55,529 bases of DNA from Bdellovibrionales bacterium (GTDB lineage: Bacteria > Bdellovibrionota > Bdellovibrionia > Bdellovibrionales > JAMPXM01), in assembly GCA_043739185.1 (NCBI GenBank), contig JAYUEN010000101.1:1-55529 (forward strand). Direction: 5' to 3'. The translations under genes were made by a program, and so were the position numbers. Below are positions 21,001 to 29,315 of the stretch, in pieces (position 1 is the first letter of the stretch; the number at the start of each line of letters is the position of its first letter). The notes below the pieces were generated by a model. That model searched no databases, was not told the DNA's origin, and saw nothing but the letters and a program-made list of their open reading frames with translations.

Positions 21001-21376
21001 AGTTCATCGCCAGGCCCACTAAGGCAGAGAGACCCATGACCATTTGAAAATAAAAATATTGCGAAGTGAAACTTACCACACGATCAGCCATCGTTCTTTT
21101 AGCAAGTAGGCTCGGTCTATTCTGTTCGACCTGAGCTTGAGTGCCTAGTTCTATCTCCACATTATCGACAGTACCAACAGCGGTTTCTGTAGGCGTAATA
21201 GGAACATTTAAATGATTCCCAATCAGACGAGGAGGTGCTGGAGCCTCTATCTCAGGCGCAGCAGGAGCTAGCGGAGGATTGACCGCAACATCAAGCGCAT
21301 GAACCAAATTTGGCGCGAGCCCAATTTGAAAACATAAAAGAACACCAATATATTTTCGCACAAGATTTTTCATCAT
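18053..21376 (-). CDS. Large secreted or membrane-inserting hypothetical protein
   Basis: Long ORF; probable start MMKNLV; signal peptide (VHA), Pro-rich linker, Gly-rich hydrophobic segments, several Cys pairs. Confidence 0.75.
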   Translation of the reverse strand: MMKNLVRKYIGVLLCFQIGLAPNLVHALDVAVNPPLAPAAPEIEAPAPPRLIGNHLNVPITPTETAVGTVDNVEIELGTQAQVEQNRPSLLAKRTMADRVVSFTSQYFYFQMVMGLSALVGLAMNYENDPVALQNHIKQYTSWDRAAESVVSFGAFVGADNLFQKFLRDYLKMNGPKSALAVQQMGMAVGLVMSTVVGELWNDKNIRLCAASRGTDLDKCDAAFDTWVKTDRIVQYIPMMIQNMASALISAELTKVLQKSARGVGKVKNVISDSITGKTEADRMAARLIKAAQPGFGERVTIRLRGLPIGSRAATAAWERGFLVFGRGFAGGLFGLGLFMAVDATVSSPAMKAYTKNYLAEQRSWLRRAKESVSTSSVWPLTSLSYGIYAGLSSIAPNYFPQFTDEKIKENWMKEFDLDTFLKFFRLWVKYNVAARKESGDISLINMIEPQQISKTLRDSKVVDFPQDNFEIIRDSHEALLSSLEYSKKDFWQTYDVSHCSPRLSNAAQLSFKEAIQFYIGLNKEEKKCLVDINVYDNLVSFIDRNTKHRNFLLSPLTNATSAWMQGLSKFQDMTKITYYTYRALIKSQFAVSHNETTYPGPRGPVNVTPLTYDGVKSLVLSNEAKSKHEVQCQEGDYVCKDSSESKDENFLPSFFGWNDGVAEVKISNNTDYLIAQMACGPSVKDTTAFYKELSSQTYENFFGKWTRKLGAGLELIYRAIPVLGYDEFRVFDEKMKDPNSAMIYTPAGLYPRFVPPRIVVGNGEICMHPKTGDQSVATGTWSDGKQEYKGLLPFVISHLQPEIMNDPKDPTGTNFVNWYDDNIQGPLDAGYEAFQGVFGRILKQELRVSLLRDKYTDGCRSGKNCLQSWKVHKVSLGVYQSMEVEIRVLLGMLNEIYMYPDEMMKKAREGDEQNALSTTSALKANLKGSMKPESLEMLDTRRTIFKYEVSSTTIPDPKANPMAPPELPKLFPKIQNPMPANLEQLKGFEIEFSRSFRAKVSDMSPDKNGLTSFNVEQSEKALADLQMFFTLSRLNEINDLQAKLAGLIFRALESLLQERNSYNNFLKAEKIEERLLDQPESMRKSGRDKLAKAFKPDNKEEASQPK

Positions 21377-21388
21377 GACAATCGAGAT

Positions 21389-21404
21389 TGCACGAAACAA
21401 GCCA
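21389..21404 (-). promoter_or_regulatory. Possible sigma54 promoter of the 1107-aa gene
   Basis: Minus strand TGGCTT-GTTTC-GTGCA (GG-N10-GC); predicted +1 falls about 2 nt before ATG 21376. Confidence 0.45.
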
Positions 21405-21535
21405 CGAAAAAAAGTCAGGCGCCGCGACTAAGGTGTCGAATTCTTTATGAAATCTGGCGGCTGACGAGCTCCAGTAAGCTTCGCCAAAACAAATAAAATC
21501 GAGGCAACGCAAAATTGTTATACAGATGTCGCCGA

Positions 21536-21606
21536 AAGGTACCTGCTTAGTTTTGGAGGCGCTCAGCGTTCAATACGCAGTACCTCCAAAACTAAGCAGG
21601 TACCTT
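21536..21606. repeat. Perfect 24-bp inverted repeat (REP/MITE-like)
   Basis: AAGGTACCTGCTTAGTTTTGGAGG (21536-21559) and its exact reverse complement (21583-21606), 23-nt spacer. Confidence 0.9.
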
Positions 21607-22823
21607 GAATCCACAAGCCCTAAATCTTCAAGCGAAAGCAGATGAGTAATCACCGAATAGACATTGAAATTTTCAAAAGCCGGGATACGGACACCGGCTT
21701 TATAAGCAGGCCCCTCCGCATAAAAAATACCGCGCATCTTTTCATATTTGCGTGCATCCCAGCCATGGTTCCCGCGATTTTTACTGGCGCGAAACAAAGC
21801 GTGAGTTTCGACAAGATAAGGTTCATCTACAACAAGCACCAAATCCCCAATGCGCTCCGAAGCTCGATAATGCAAATTTTCTGGCACTTCATTTCGCAGG
21901 TAAACTTTATAATGTTTTGCTTTCGCTTGCAGAGCTTTTTGAGTCTTTAAAATCAAAGACTCAGATTGAGCCTCTCGCAAATACAATTTCATTTCAGGTC
22001 CGTGGCCTGAAATGATAAAGCCCGACAGATCCGCTTCATCATCGACAAATTCAGGTGCAGAATTCACATCATCCATACCATGATCTGAGACGATAACAAT
22101 ATTTACAGGCAATCCATGTGACCGAAATTGGCGAACGCCCTTCAAGAGTTCCGAGAGAGCTGAATCAACCTCCATCACTTCTTTTTTAACTTCATCTGAG
22201 GTGGCCCCAAAAATATGTCCCGCAAGATCGACATTTGAAAAATAAAGATTGATGAGATGGGGACGCTTTTCTTCTGGGAGCTTGAGCCAATCTAATACCT
22301 GAGCGACTCTCTTCATATTCGGAACCGATTCATCATAGGGAAACCAGTAATCCGGCTGTACATTGTGAATGAGGGTTTCACTCCCCACCCAATAATAACT
22401 TGCACTCAACATATTTTTTGCTTTGGTAAGCTCCCACAAAGTATGTCCCAAATACCAGCGCGATTCGGCTTTATCTTTTTTACTACCTGAAGAAAAACTC
22501 AAATGCAGTTTTGGATCATAAAATTCATTTGCTACCACCCCTGAATGTTCAGCGGTCAAACCGGTAATCATTGAATAGTGAGAGGCAAATGTTTTGCTCG
22601 GATAAATCGGGATGAGAGATTCACTCGAAATTCCGTCGTCGCGAATTTTTGAAAGCGTTGAAGGCTGAAATAAATCTGTATAGTCGTAGCGGTAACCATC
22701 AATTGAAATATAAATCACATAAGGCTGAGACATAGCCCAATTTGAATTGCGAGATTCACTCGACTTAGAGCCAAGGTGAGCACAGCCAAAAAGAAATAAA
22801 AAAACCACGAGAAACTTCTTCAT
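21570..22823 (-). CDS. Nucleotide pyrophosphatase/phosphodiesterase (alkaline phosphatase superfamily), lipoprotein
   Basis: ISIDGYRYD, SKTFASHYSMITG (Thr nucleophile), DLAGH, VSDHGM, GNHGW; lipobox LFGC. Confidence 0.9.
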   Translation of the reverse strand: MKKFLVVFLFLFGCAHLGSKSSESRNSNWAMSQPYVIYISIDGYRYDYTDLFQPSTLSKIRDDGISSESLIPIYPSKTFASHYSMITGLTAEHSGVVANEFYDPKLHLSFSSGSKKDKAESRWYLGHTLWELTKAKNMLSASYYWVGSETLIHNVQPDYWFPYDESVPNMKRVAQVLDWLKLPEEKRPHLINLYFSNVDLAGHIFGATSDEVKKEVMEVDSALSELLKGVRQFRSHGLPVNIVIVSDHGMDDVNSAPEFVDDEADLSGFIISGHGPEMKLYLREAQSESLILKTQKALQAKAKHYKVYLRNEVPENLHYRASERIGDLVLVVDEPYLVETHALFRASKNRGNHGWDARKYEKMRGIFYAEGPAYKAGVRIPAFENFNVYSVITHLLSLEDLGLVDSRYLLSFGGTAY

Positions 22824-23049
22824 AAGCCTTCTCCTAGCATAAAAACTCCGAGATGATACAGCATATAATTAGCAAGTCGCATACCACGCATAAGAGTACA
22901 CCCCTGATAACTCCGCAAATGGTCTAGTTTAGTGCCGTTTTGGAACTTTTTCTTTAAACTTTTGTCGAGCTTTGACTAGGCTTTTAGCAAGACAAGAATA
23001 AATCAAGTCTTTCGTCAAGGATGACAAAACACCACTGAGGGGGTTTTTA

Positions 23050-23952
23050 GTGAAACGGATTCTTCTATCTGCATTTTTAGTCGCATGTCTCGGGATGGTC
23101 GGCGCAACTCAAAACACAAAAGTCTTATGCAAAGGTTTTGCTCCGAAAAACAATTTATTTCTTCCGGCGACCCTATTTTCAAACAGCGGATTGTCTGAGG
23201 CTCAATGGACTAGCCTCTTTGACAAATACGAAAAGGTATATGCCCCTATTATCGCAGCCAAAGGCGGAAAGCTCGAACTCAATCGCCTCTGGGATGACGG
23301 CACCGTTAACGCCAACGCCGATCAACAGGGCTCAACTTGGGTGGTGAATATGTACGGCGGATTGGCCCGCTATCCATCGATGACTGTTGACGGTATGGCT
23401 CTAGTGGTATGTCACGAAACCGGTCATCATCTTGGTGGAGCTCCAAAAGTAGGTGGAGAAGCTTCGTTCTGGGCTTCGAATGAAGGGGCTGCTGACTATT
23501 TTGCTGTTTTGAAATGTATGCGCAATATGTTTGCCGATGAAAAAAATGTCGAGATTGTGAATGAAATGAGTGTTGAGCCAACAATCCAAAAAGCTTGCAC
23601 AACTCAATTTCAAGATCAAACAGAGCAAGCCATGTGTATGAGAACAGCCACTGCTGGGGTTTTGCTTGGCCACATTTTAGGTGAGCTGGGACAAGATGCT
23701 CAGGTTCCTTCGGTCGACACTCCCGACAAAAATGTTGTTACCGAAACCGATGATGAACATCCCGCTGCTCAATGCCGCCTAGATACTTACTATCAAGGTG
23801 CTAATTGCACGGCCGATGTTTCAACATTTCAAACTGGCGAAGACTATCACGTTGGCACTTGCACGGCGCCAAAATTCAAGGCGGGTCTTCGTCCCACTTG
23901 CTGGTTCAAAGCCGATGCCACTGACAGCTTTCGCGTTTTGGCTCAACACTAA
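23050..23952 (+). CDS. Secreted zinc metalloprotease (M48-like zincin)
   Basis: NANA...MYGGLAR...CHETGHH (HExxH), NEGAADYFA, HPAAQCR; signal peptide; Cys-rich. Confidence 0.75.
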   Translation: MKRILLSAFLVACLGMVGATQNTKVLCKGFAPKNNLFLPATLFSNSGLSEAQWTSLFDKYEKVYAPIIAAKGGKLELNRLWDDGTVNANADQQGSTWVVNMYGGLARYPSMTVDGMALVVCHETGHHLGGAPKVGGEASFWASNEGAADYFAVLKCMRNMFADEKNVEIVNEMSVEPTIQKACTTQFQDQTEQAMCMRTATAGVLLGHILGELGQDAQVPSVDTPDKNVVTETDDEHPAAQCRLDTYYQGANCTADVSTFQTGEDYHVGTCTAPKFKAGLRPTCWFKADATDSFRVLAQH

Positions 23953-23978
23953 AAATTTTTTAAAGCTAAATCATCGCC

Positions 23979-24018
23979 GGCACTCTTTAATCTGAAAATT
24001 AAGAGTGCCTTTTTTTTT
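23979..24018 (+). terminator. Intrinsic terminator
   Basis: GGCACTCTTTAAT...ATTAAGAGTGCC followed by T9. Confidence 0.85.
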
Positions 24019-24038
24019 ACTTTTAGTTAAAAGATCTC

Positions 24039-24647
24039 ATGTCTATTTTAAGCTTTTTCCCAACCCAAATTGATCATTCAAAGAAAGTCGCACCACCGAG
24101 CCTCAATCGCGACCTCATTCGAGAAATTTCCCAGCTTCAGGAAATGGATCGAGCGGGCGCAGATTGGTCAAAACAAAATTATTTTGCTGGTTATACGTCC
24201 TACGGCTCACTCGATAAGCTTCATCTTAGCTCGCCAAATTTTGCAGAACTTGAAAAACATATAAAACCTAAAGTGGCAGCCTTTGCGCGTGTTTTAGAAT
24301 GGGACATTCAACCCTATAAGCTTAAAATGAATTCATGCTGGGTAAACGTCATGCCGCAAGGAGCCCACCACAGCTTTCATATTCATCCAGGATCAGTTAT
24401 TAGCGGAACCTATTATGTCGAGGTCCCTAAGACTTCAAGTCCCCTAAAATTTGAGGATCCCAGACTTTCTAAAATGATGCTTGCTCCGCAAAAAAAAGTG
24501 AAGTGCAAAGCGCACAATAAGACTCATATCGAAATTTTTTCTCAATCTAGGGATCTGATTTTGTTTGAGAGTTGGTTGAGACACGAAGTGCCAGCAAATC
24601 GCGTAAAAAATGACAGGATTTCTGTCAGCTTTAATTACAGTTTTTGA
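24039..24647 (+). CDS. TIGR02466-family putative 2OG-Fe(II) oxygenase
   Basis: GYTSYGSL, WVNVM...HIHPGSVISGTYYV, FESWLRHEV, RISVSFNY. Confidence 0.85.
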   Translation: MSILSFFPTQIDHSKKVAPPSLNRDLIREISQLQEMDRAGADWSKQNYFAGYTSYGSLDKLHLSSPNFAELEKHIKPKVAAFARVLEWDIQPYKLKMNSCWVNVMPQGAHHSFHIHPGSVISGTYYVEVPKTSSPLKFEDPRLSKMMLAPQKKVKCKAHNKTHIEIFSQSRDLILFESWLRHEVPANRVKNDRISVSFNYSF

Positions 24648-24850
24648 TGCTTTTGACAGTGCTTTAAAAATTTCCTTATATGACCTATTAGCCAGATAGT
24701 AAGCGACTCAGCGGACCTGGGGGTCTAGAGCATTTCGTCTGGTAAAAAACATTCTTTTGGACTTTTTTTTTACTTATTGAGTGTTACACTTTTAGTAAGG
24801 GCCATCCTACGCAGATCCTCTTCTTTGATTTCGGCCAAACTCAAATTCAA

Positions 24851-25099
24851 ATGAGGTCATGGATGAAAATTAAAAGCCGAACAAGCCAACAAGAAATAAG
24901 ATTTTTTTGCATATTGGGCGTCATCGCCTTCAGTCTAGCTGGAGCCAATTCAAAATCTCATACAATGAGAGCGGTCGCACCCGACAGCGTTCAAACAGCT
25001 GCACCCAGCACCGCACCCGCCTCAAAGCCGATGAAATCAGAAGATGAAAACAATGTCGAGGACCTCGACTTTGATGACGATTTTTCGGTATTGGTTTAA
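24851..25099 (+). CDS. Small hypothetical protein with hydrophobic segment and acidic tail
   Basis: 82-aa ORF; extended -10 TGTTACACT at about 24782-24790. Confidence 0.5.
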   Translation: MRSWMKIKSRTSQQEIRFFCILGVIAFSLAGANSKSHTMRAVAPDSVQTAAPSTAPASKPMKSEDENNVEDLDFDDDFSVLV

Positions 25100-25116
25100 A
25101 CTCGCAAAAATAAGAC

Positions 25117-25142
25117 TCAAACGAATTCTTATGAATGCCGAT
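25117..25142 (+). promoter_or_regulatory. Putative sigma28 promoter of the HD-GYP gene
   Basis: CAAA-N15-GCCGAT, ending 10 nt before ATG 25153. Confidence 0.45.
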
Positions 25143-25152
25143 TTTCTTATTG

Positions 25153-26520
25153 ATGAATATCCTTCTTTTTTGCACAGATACGGATAAATTAAATACTTTT
25201 TCGTTTTATCTTGAAGGTAAGCTGGGCATACACGTCAACGGGGCCTCTAATTTTGAAAAAGCCATGTCGCATTTGCTATCCGACACTTCGATTGATCTCA
25301 TTGTTGCGAGTCAAAGTGAAGAGTGCCTTTTGCTTTTCAAATATTTGCTTTCTTCGGCGTCTCAAATCCCGGTTATTTTTTTAAAAAATGAAGTGGATGG
25401 TCAGGCCATACTATTCAAAGATATTCCTTTTCTAGCACAAATCAAAGAGTCAGAAGCTCCTCAAAAAATCATTGATTTGATACTTGAAACTTATAAAGGC
25501 GAAGCCCCGGTTAATTTTATTGATGGCGACTATTGCCGAATCAATGTCGAGCTTTTGTTGAAAGTAGTTCCTCTCGCAGGAAATGTTTATGTGCGTCTCT
25601 CAAGTATCAAATTCGTCAAACTCTTTCACAATGGCTTTCGCTTTACGCAAGAAAACCTCAATACCATTTGGGGCTTAAAGAAAATTGAATACTTATATAT
25701 TCAAAAAGACAGTGCCTCTGAATTTATAAAAAAACTGCATGCCAATATTGATCAGCTCAACAAAGATCCGAGCGCCAGTTCTGAAGTGATTATGGCAACC
25801 GTCGAACACGCACACGAAACCATTCACTTGCTGGCGCAGAAAATTGGCTTTTCAGATGAAGTTTTAGATCTCACCAAATCCTATGTTGAGCTCGCCGTAA
25901 AAGCGATTGGCAAAGCCCCCAAAGTCGAAGCGCTTTTGCAATCGACACTTTTTAGAAATAAAAATTATGTTTCAAGCCACAGCATACTGGTGGCACATTT
26001 TGCCTGTTCACTTGCAATTGAGCTCGATTGGCCATCCGAATCTACTTTTCACAAATTGATACTGGCGGGCTTTCTTCATGACTTGACCTTGAACAATCCG
26101 GATCATGCAAAGGTACGCAATCGTGCCGATCTTCTCAAAATCAAAGAGCAGATTTCAGAAAAAGAATTCAACGCCATCAAAAATCATCCACGCACGGCTG
26201 GAGATTTGGTTGATCGCCTTATTGAGATTCCTGCTGATGTTTGCGGCATCATCACGCAACACCATGAACAACCCGATGGCAGTGGCTTTCCGAGGGGATT
26301 ACTTGCTGTGCAAATCGCTCCACTTGCTGCCGTCTTTAATGTTTCTCACGATATGGTAGAGGCCTATTTAGAATTGGGCGATCGCTTTTCACTTGCTGAT
26401 TTTGCTAGTAAAAGATTTGGAACCTATACTGCCGGTACCTTTAAAAAAATCGCCAAAATATTAAAAGCTAAATGCATTGTAAGCGAAGCAGCCAAAGCCC
26501 CCAAATCCGAAGCTAGCTGA
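25153..26520 (+). CDS. HD-GYP-family protein with degenerate receiver-like N-terminus
   Basis: FLHDL, HP, HHEQPDGSGFPRGL; N-terminus MNILLF...DLIVAS resembles a receiver domain without the acceptor Asp. Start 25153 preferred over 25135. Confidence 0.8.
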   Translation: MNILLFCTDTDKLNTFSFYLEGKLGIHVNGASNFEKAMSHLLSDTSIDLIVASQSEECLLLFKYLLSSASQIPVIFLKNEVDGQAILFKDIPFLAQIKESEAPQKIIDLILETYKGEAPVNFIDGDYCRINVELLLKVVPLAGNVYVRLSSIKFVKLFHNGFRFTQENLNTIWGLKKIEYLYIQKDSASEFIKKLHANIDQLNKDPSASSEVIMATVEHAHETIHLLAQKIGFSDEVLDLTKSYVELAVKAIGKAPKVEALLQSTLFRNKNYVSSHSILVAHFACSLAIELDWPSESTFHKLILAGFLHDLTLNNPDHAKVRNRADLLKIKEQISEKEFNAIKNHPRTAGDLVDRLIEIPADVCGIITQHHEQPDGSGFPRGLLAVQIAPLAAVFNVSHDMVEAYLELGDRFSLADFASKRFGTYTAGTFKKIAKILKAKCIVSEAAKAPKSEAS

Positions 26521-26569
26521 TGGGACTCTTTCCTGCTTAGTTTAAGAGCTTCTGGGACAGGCATGCCGA

Positions 26570-26650
26570 ATTCAGTTAACGGCAACTGAAAACTGAAGCC
26601 GAAACTGCCAAGCGGTTGACTGCCGCGGCTGCCGTTTAAACTGACTTAAG
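26570..26650 (+). repeat. Dispersed hexamer-periodic intergenic repeat, copy C
   Basis: Matches copy A (50/66) and copy B (32/40). Confidence 0.7.
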
Positions 26651-26788
26651 ACCTCGACAAAAAAAGAAGACACAGACCATGCTGCTGCACATTTTTTAAT
26701 CATCAAAGCTTTCACAAAGCTCTGCTTGACCCCCCTCCACTTATTTGAAACAAAGAGGCCAGAAAACTGAAAACTCGAGGGGGAATTT

Positions 26789-27232
26789 ATGGCAGGAATT
26801 AATAAAGTTATAATCGTAGGCCGCCTGGGAACTGACCCAGAAATGAAACAAATCGGCAATGGCCAAACCGTCACTCGCTTAAGCGTTGCAACTAGTGAGC
26901 AGTGGTCTGATAAAGAAGGCAAGAAACAAGAGAAAACCGAATGGCACCGAATTACAGCTTGGGGAAAGCTAGCTGAAATTTGCGGAAAGCACCTTTCAAA
27001 GGGCCGTCAGGTTTATGTTGAAGGACGATTGCAAACCAATTCTTGGGAAGATCAACAGGGGCAAAAGCGTTATTCAACTGAGATCGTGGCGCAAACCGTG
27101 CAATTCTTAGGCGCGCCTTCTGATCGCGAACAATCATCATCTCAAGGTGGCGGCCAGCACCATCCGGCAGAACAGTTTCAAGATTTTAGTCCAGAGCCAA
27201 GCTTCGACAGCAAAGAAGACCTCCCGTTTTAA
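26789..27232 (+). CDS. ssb: Single-stranded DNA-binding protein
   Basis: [33 protein letters not shown]-terminal DLPF. Confidence 0.98.
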   Translation: MAGINKVIIVGRLGTDPEMKQIGNGQTVTRLSVATSEQWSDKEGKKQEKTEWHRITAWGKLAEICGKHLSKGRQVYVEGRLQTNSWEDQQGQKRYSTEIVAQTVQFLGAPSDREQSSSQGGGQHHPAEQFQDFSPEPSFDSKEDLPF

Positions 27233-27300
27233 ATCACTTAAGAAAGAGCTCTAATATCGCGACTTGCCTCTGAAATGAAATAGTAAGAGGCTGGTCGTAT

Positions 27301-27708
27301 ATGCTTCACCTATCCAATAAAAAAATTCATTTGAAATATGGCCTCCTACTATCCGGCCTCGCTCTCACGCTGTGCTCTTGCAATGTCTATAAATCTGAAG
27401 GGCGAAAGAGCCTTGAAGCCTATGGGCCGCCACCGGGCTCGCTTAAAACGACTTCTCTCAATCTCTTAATCGCAAAGCCTGATCTTGAATTCAAAAGCGA
27501 CAATCTCATTTTTGATGTCTGTGAACTCGCACATGAAAATGATACTTTTTGTAAGCAAAGGCTTCAGTGTTTTAAAACCACGGATGAAGAATTAACAAAG
27601 CATTTGAACGATGGCAGCCAAACCGAAATCGCTCCGCAATTGCTTCTGAACGAATCCAATCACGATGAGACTTTTGATAGCCCCCTCATTTGTAGATTAA
27701 AGCCATAG
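27301..27708 (+). CDS. Hypothetical lipoprotein
   Basis: Lipobox-like LCSC after a hydrophobic stretch. Confidence 0.6.
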   Translation: MLHLSNKKIHLKYGLLLSGLALTLCSCNVYKSEGRKSLEAYGPPPGSLKTTSLNLLIAKPDLEFKSDNLIFDVCELAHENDTFCKQRLQCFKTTDEELTKHLNDGSQTEIAPQLLLNESNHDETFDSPLICRLKP

Positions 27709-27875
27709 AGCCACTTGAACCAAAGCAATGGGTTTCTGTAATATCTTTGTTACTATCTAGACTTTCAACCCGACCTAGCCCTCTTGCCCCTTGGAACTCC
27801 TTTCGCCTCGAATTACAATAATCTAGCACGCGCAAATTTGGATATAAGCAGCTTGATATTCACGGAGGAATTGGT

Positions 27876-28751
27876 ATGCGGAGCAGAGATAATATTTGGG
27901 TTCAACTCATCCCATTTTTAATTTATTTGATTTTTATTTCTTCACCGACCTACGCAGCAAGCGTACTAAAATCAAATGCGAAGCAAGCAATCCTTCAGTT
28001 AGACGATCTTGAATTTAGCGTTACTCAAGGCGACCAAGTCGTTGTGATGGTGAACTCTAAAAAAGTCGGAATCCTCAAGATCGTTCAAATTTCTGCAGGC
28101 AAAGCAAAAGCCAATATCTTAAAAGGAAAGGCTCCCATCGGCGGCCAAGTGGTAACGGCCTCCGCAGCTGGCGGAACCACCACTCAAGCGACGGGCTCAG
28201 GCACTTCAAATGCTAAAAAATGGCATTATGGAGGGGTCGTTGGCTATCTCATGAATTCGCAAACCACAACTCTTGCTCAGGGCGCAACTTATACAGAAGA
28301 CGTCAGCCAAACCGGCACAGGTTATGCGGCAAAAGGTTTTGGCGAAATTTCAATCTCAGGCAATCTTTACTTTCAAGGTCGCTTTGGAATTCAAACTTTC
28401 AATGTTGCGGGTTCAGCCATTCAACCCGTGTGTGCGGGACCCTCAACTGCGTGCTCGACTCAAATTATGTATCTCGATGGTGATGCTCTTCTTAAATATA
28501 ATTTTACCGGAAAAAAATTCTCGCCTTTTATCGCCACCGGCTTAGGACTTTTTCTGCCAGTTACAAAATCCTCATCGGCACTGAATTCGATTCCTACGAT
28601 TTCGGTATTTTTCTTTGATGCCGGAGCCGATATCCAAATTGGACAAAATTCGTTTGTGCCAATCTATTTTGAATACGGACTCTTTCCGCCATCGAATCAA
28701 GTTAAGACCAACTATATGGGACTGATGTTGGGCTACGGAATCCGGCTCTAA
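27876..28751 (+). CDS. Outer-membrane beta-barrel protein with N-terminal beta domain
   Basis: Signal peptide, Thr/Gly linker, alternating strands, C-terminal LGYGIRL; SD GGAGGA. Confidence 0.7.
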   Translation: MRSRDNIWVQLIPFLIYLIFISSPTYAASVLKSNAKQAILQLDDLEFSVTQGDQVVVMVNSKKVGILKIVQISAGKAKANILKGKAPIGGQVVTASAAGGTTTQATGSGTSNAKKWHYGGVVGYLMNSQTTTLAQGATYTEDVSQTGTGYAAKGFGEISISGNLYFQGRFGIQTFNVAGSAIQPVCAGPSTACSTQIMYLDGDALLKYNFTGKKFSPFIATGLGLFLPVTKSSSALNSIPTISVFFFDAGADIQIGQNSFVPIYFEYGLFPPSNQVKTNYMGLMLGYGIRL

Positions 28752-28783
28752 GTTGCCTGCTAACATTTCGTATTTCAGCGCAT

Positions 28784-28816
28784 AAAAAAGCCCCCGCACT
28801 TTGAATTGCGGAGGCT
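28784..28816 (-). terminator. Intrinsic terminator
   Basis: Minus strand AGCCTCCGCA-loop-TGCGGGGGCT followed by a T run, between convergent genes. Confidence 0.75.
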
Positions 28817-28844
28817 CGCTAAATACTTAAAGTTAAAAGACAAA

Positions 28845-29315
28845 TTAATCTTTTAGGTAGCGCGTGCAGGTGAAATTTACGTAAGTCGTATTTTGACTCT
28901 TATCGTGAATTTGAAGCTGCGCTAAAGCCTTTTGGTTTGCCGGAAGCGGACGGTTGAAATCATGTTTTACCGAAAAAACTAATTCCTTGATTTGGCTCAT
29001 TTTCACGCCTTCTAGTAACTGATTGTAGGCAGATGGAAAGTTTGCAGTTGCATGGTAGCTTCCGTAAGCCAAATGCAAATCACCTTGATCTGGAGTGAAG
29101 CTCGCAAGAGTTTTACCACCAGCTTCTTTTGATCCATCTGTAATGATCAGAATTGCAGGCGAACGCGTGCCGAGTTTTGGCTGAACATTGTCGTAGAGTT
29201 TTATTCCAAATTGACCGCTTTGATCGGCACAGATAAATCCATCTGCTTTTGCCGCTTGGCTAGCAGTAAAAATAGCAATACTCAAACTTGCGAATAAAAT
29301 TTTTGATAAGTTCAT
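28845..29315 (-). CDS. Secreted hypothetical protein
   Basis: Signal peptide ending AKA/DG; Cys near each end; SD AAGGAG. Confidence 0.75.
   Translation of the reverse strand: MNLSKILFASLSIAIFTASQAAKADGFICADQSGQFGIKLYDNVQPKLGTRSPAILIITDGSKEAGGKTLASFTPDQGDLHLAYGSYHATANFPSAYNQLLEGVKMSQIKELVFSVKHDFNRPLPANQKALAQLQIHDKSQNTTYVNFTCTRYLKD

Noticed and set aside
24710..24725. SRP RNA (CAGGTCCG on the minus strand)
   Set aside because: The GGAAGGAAGCAGC continuation of domain IV is absent.
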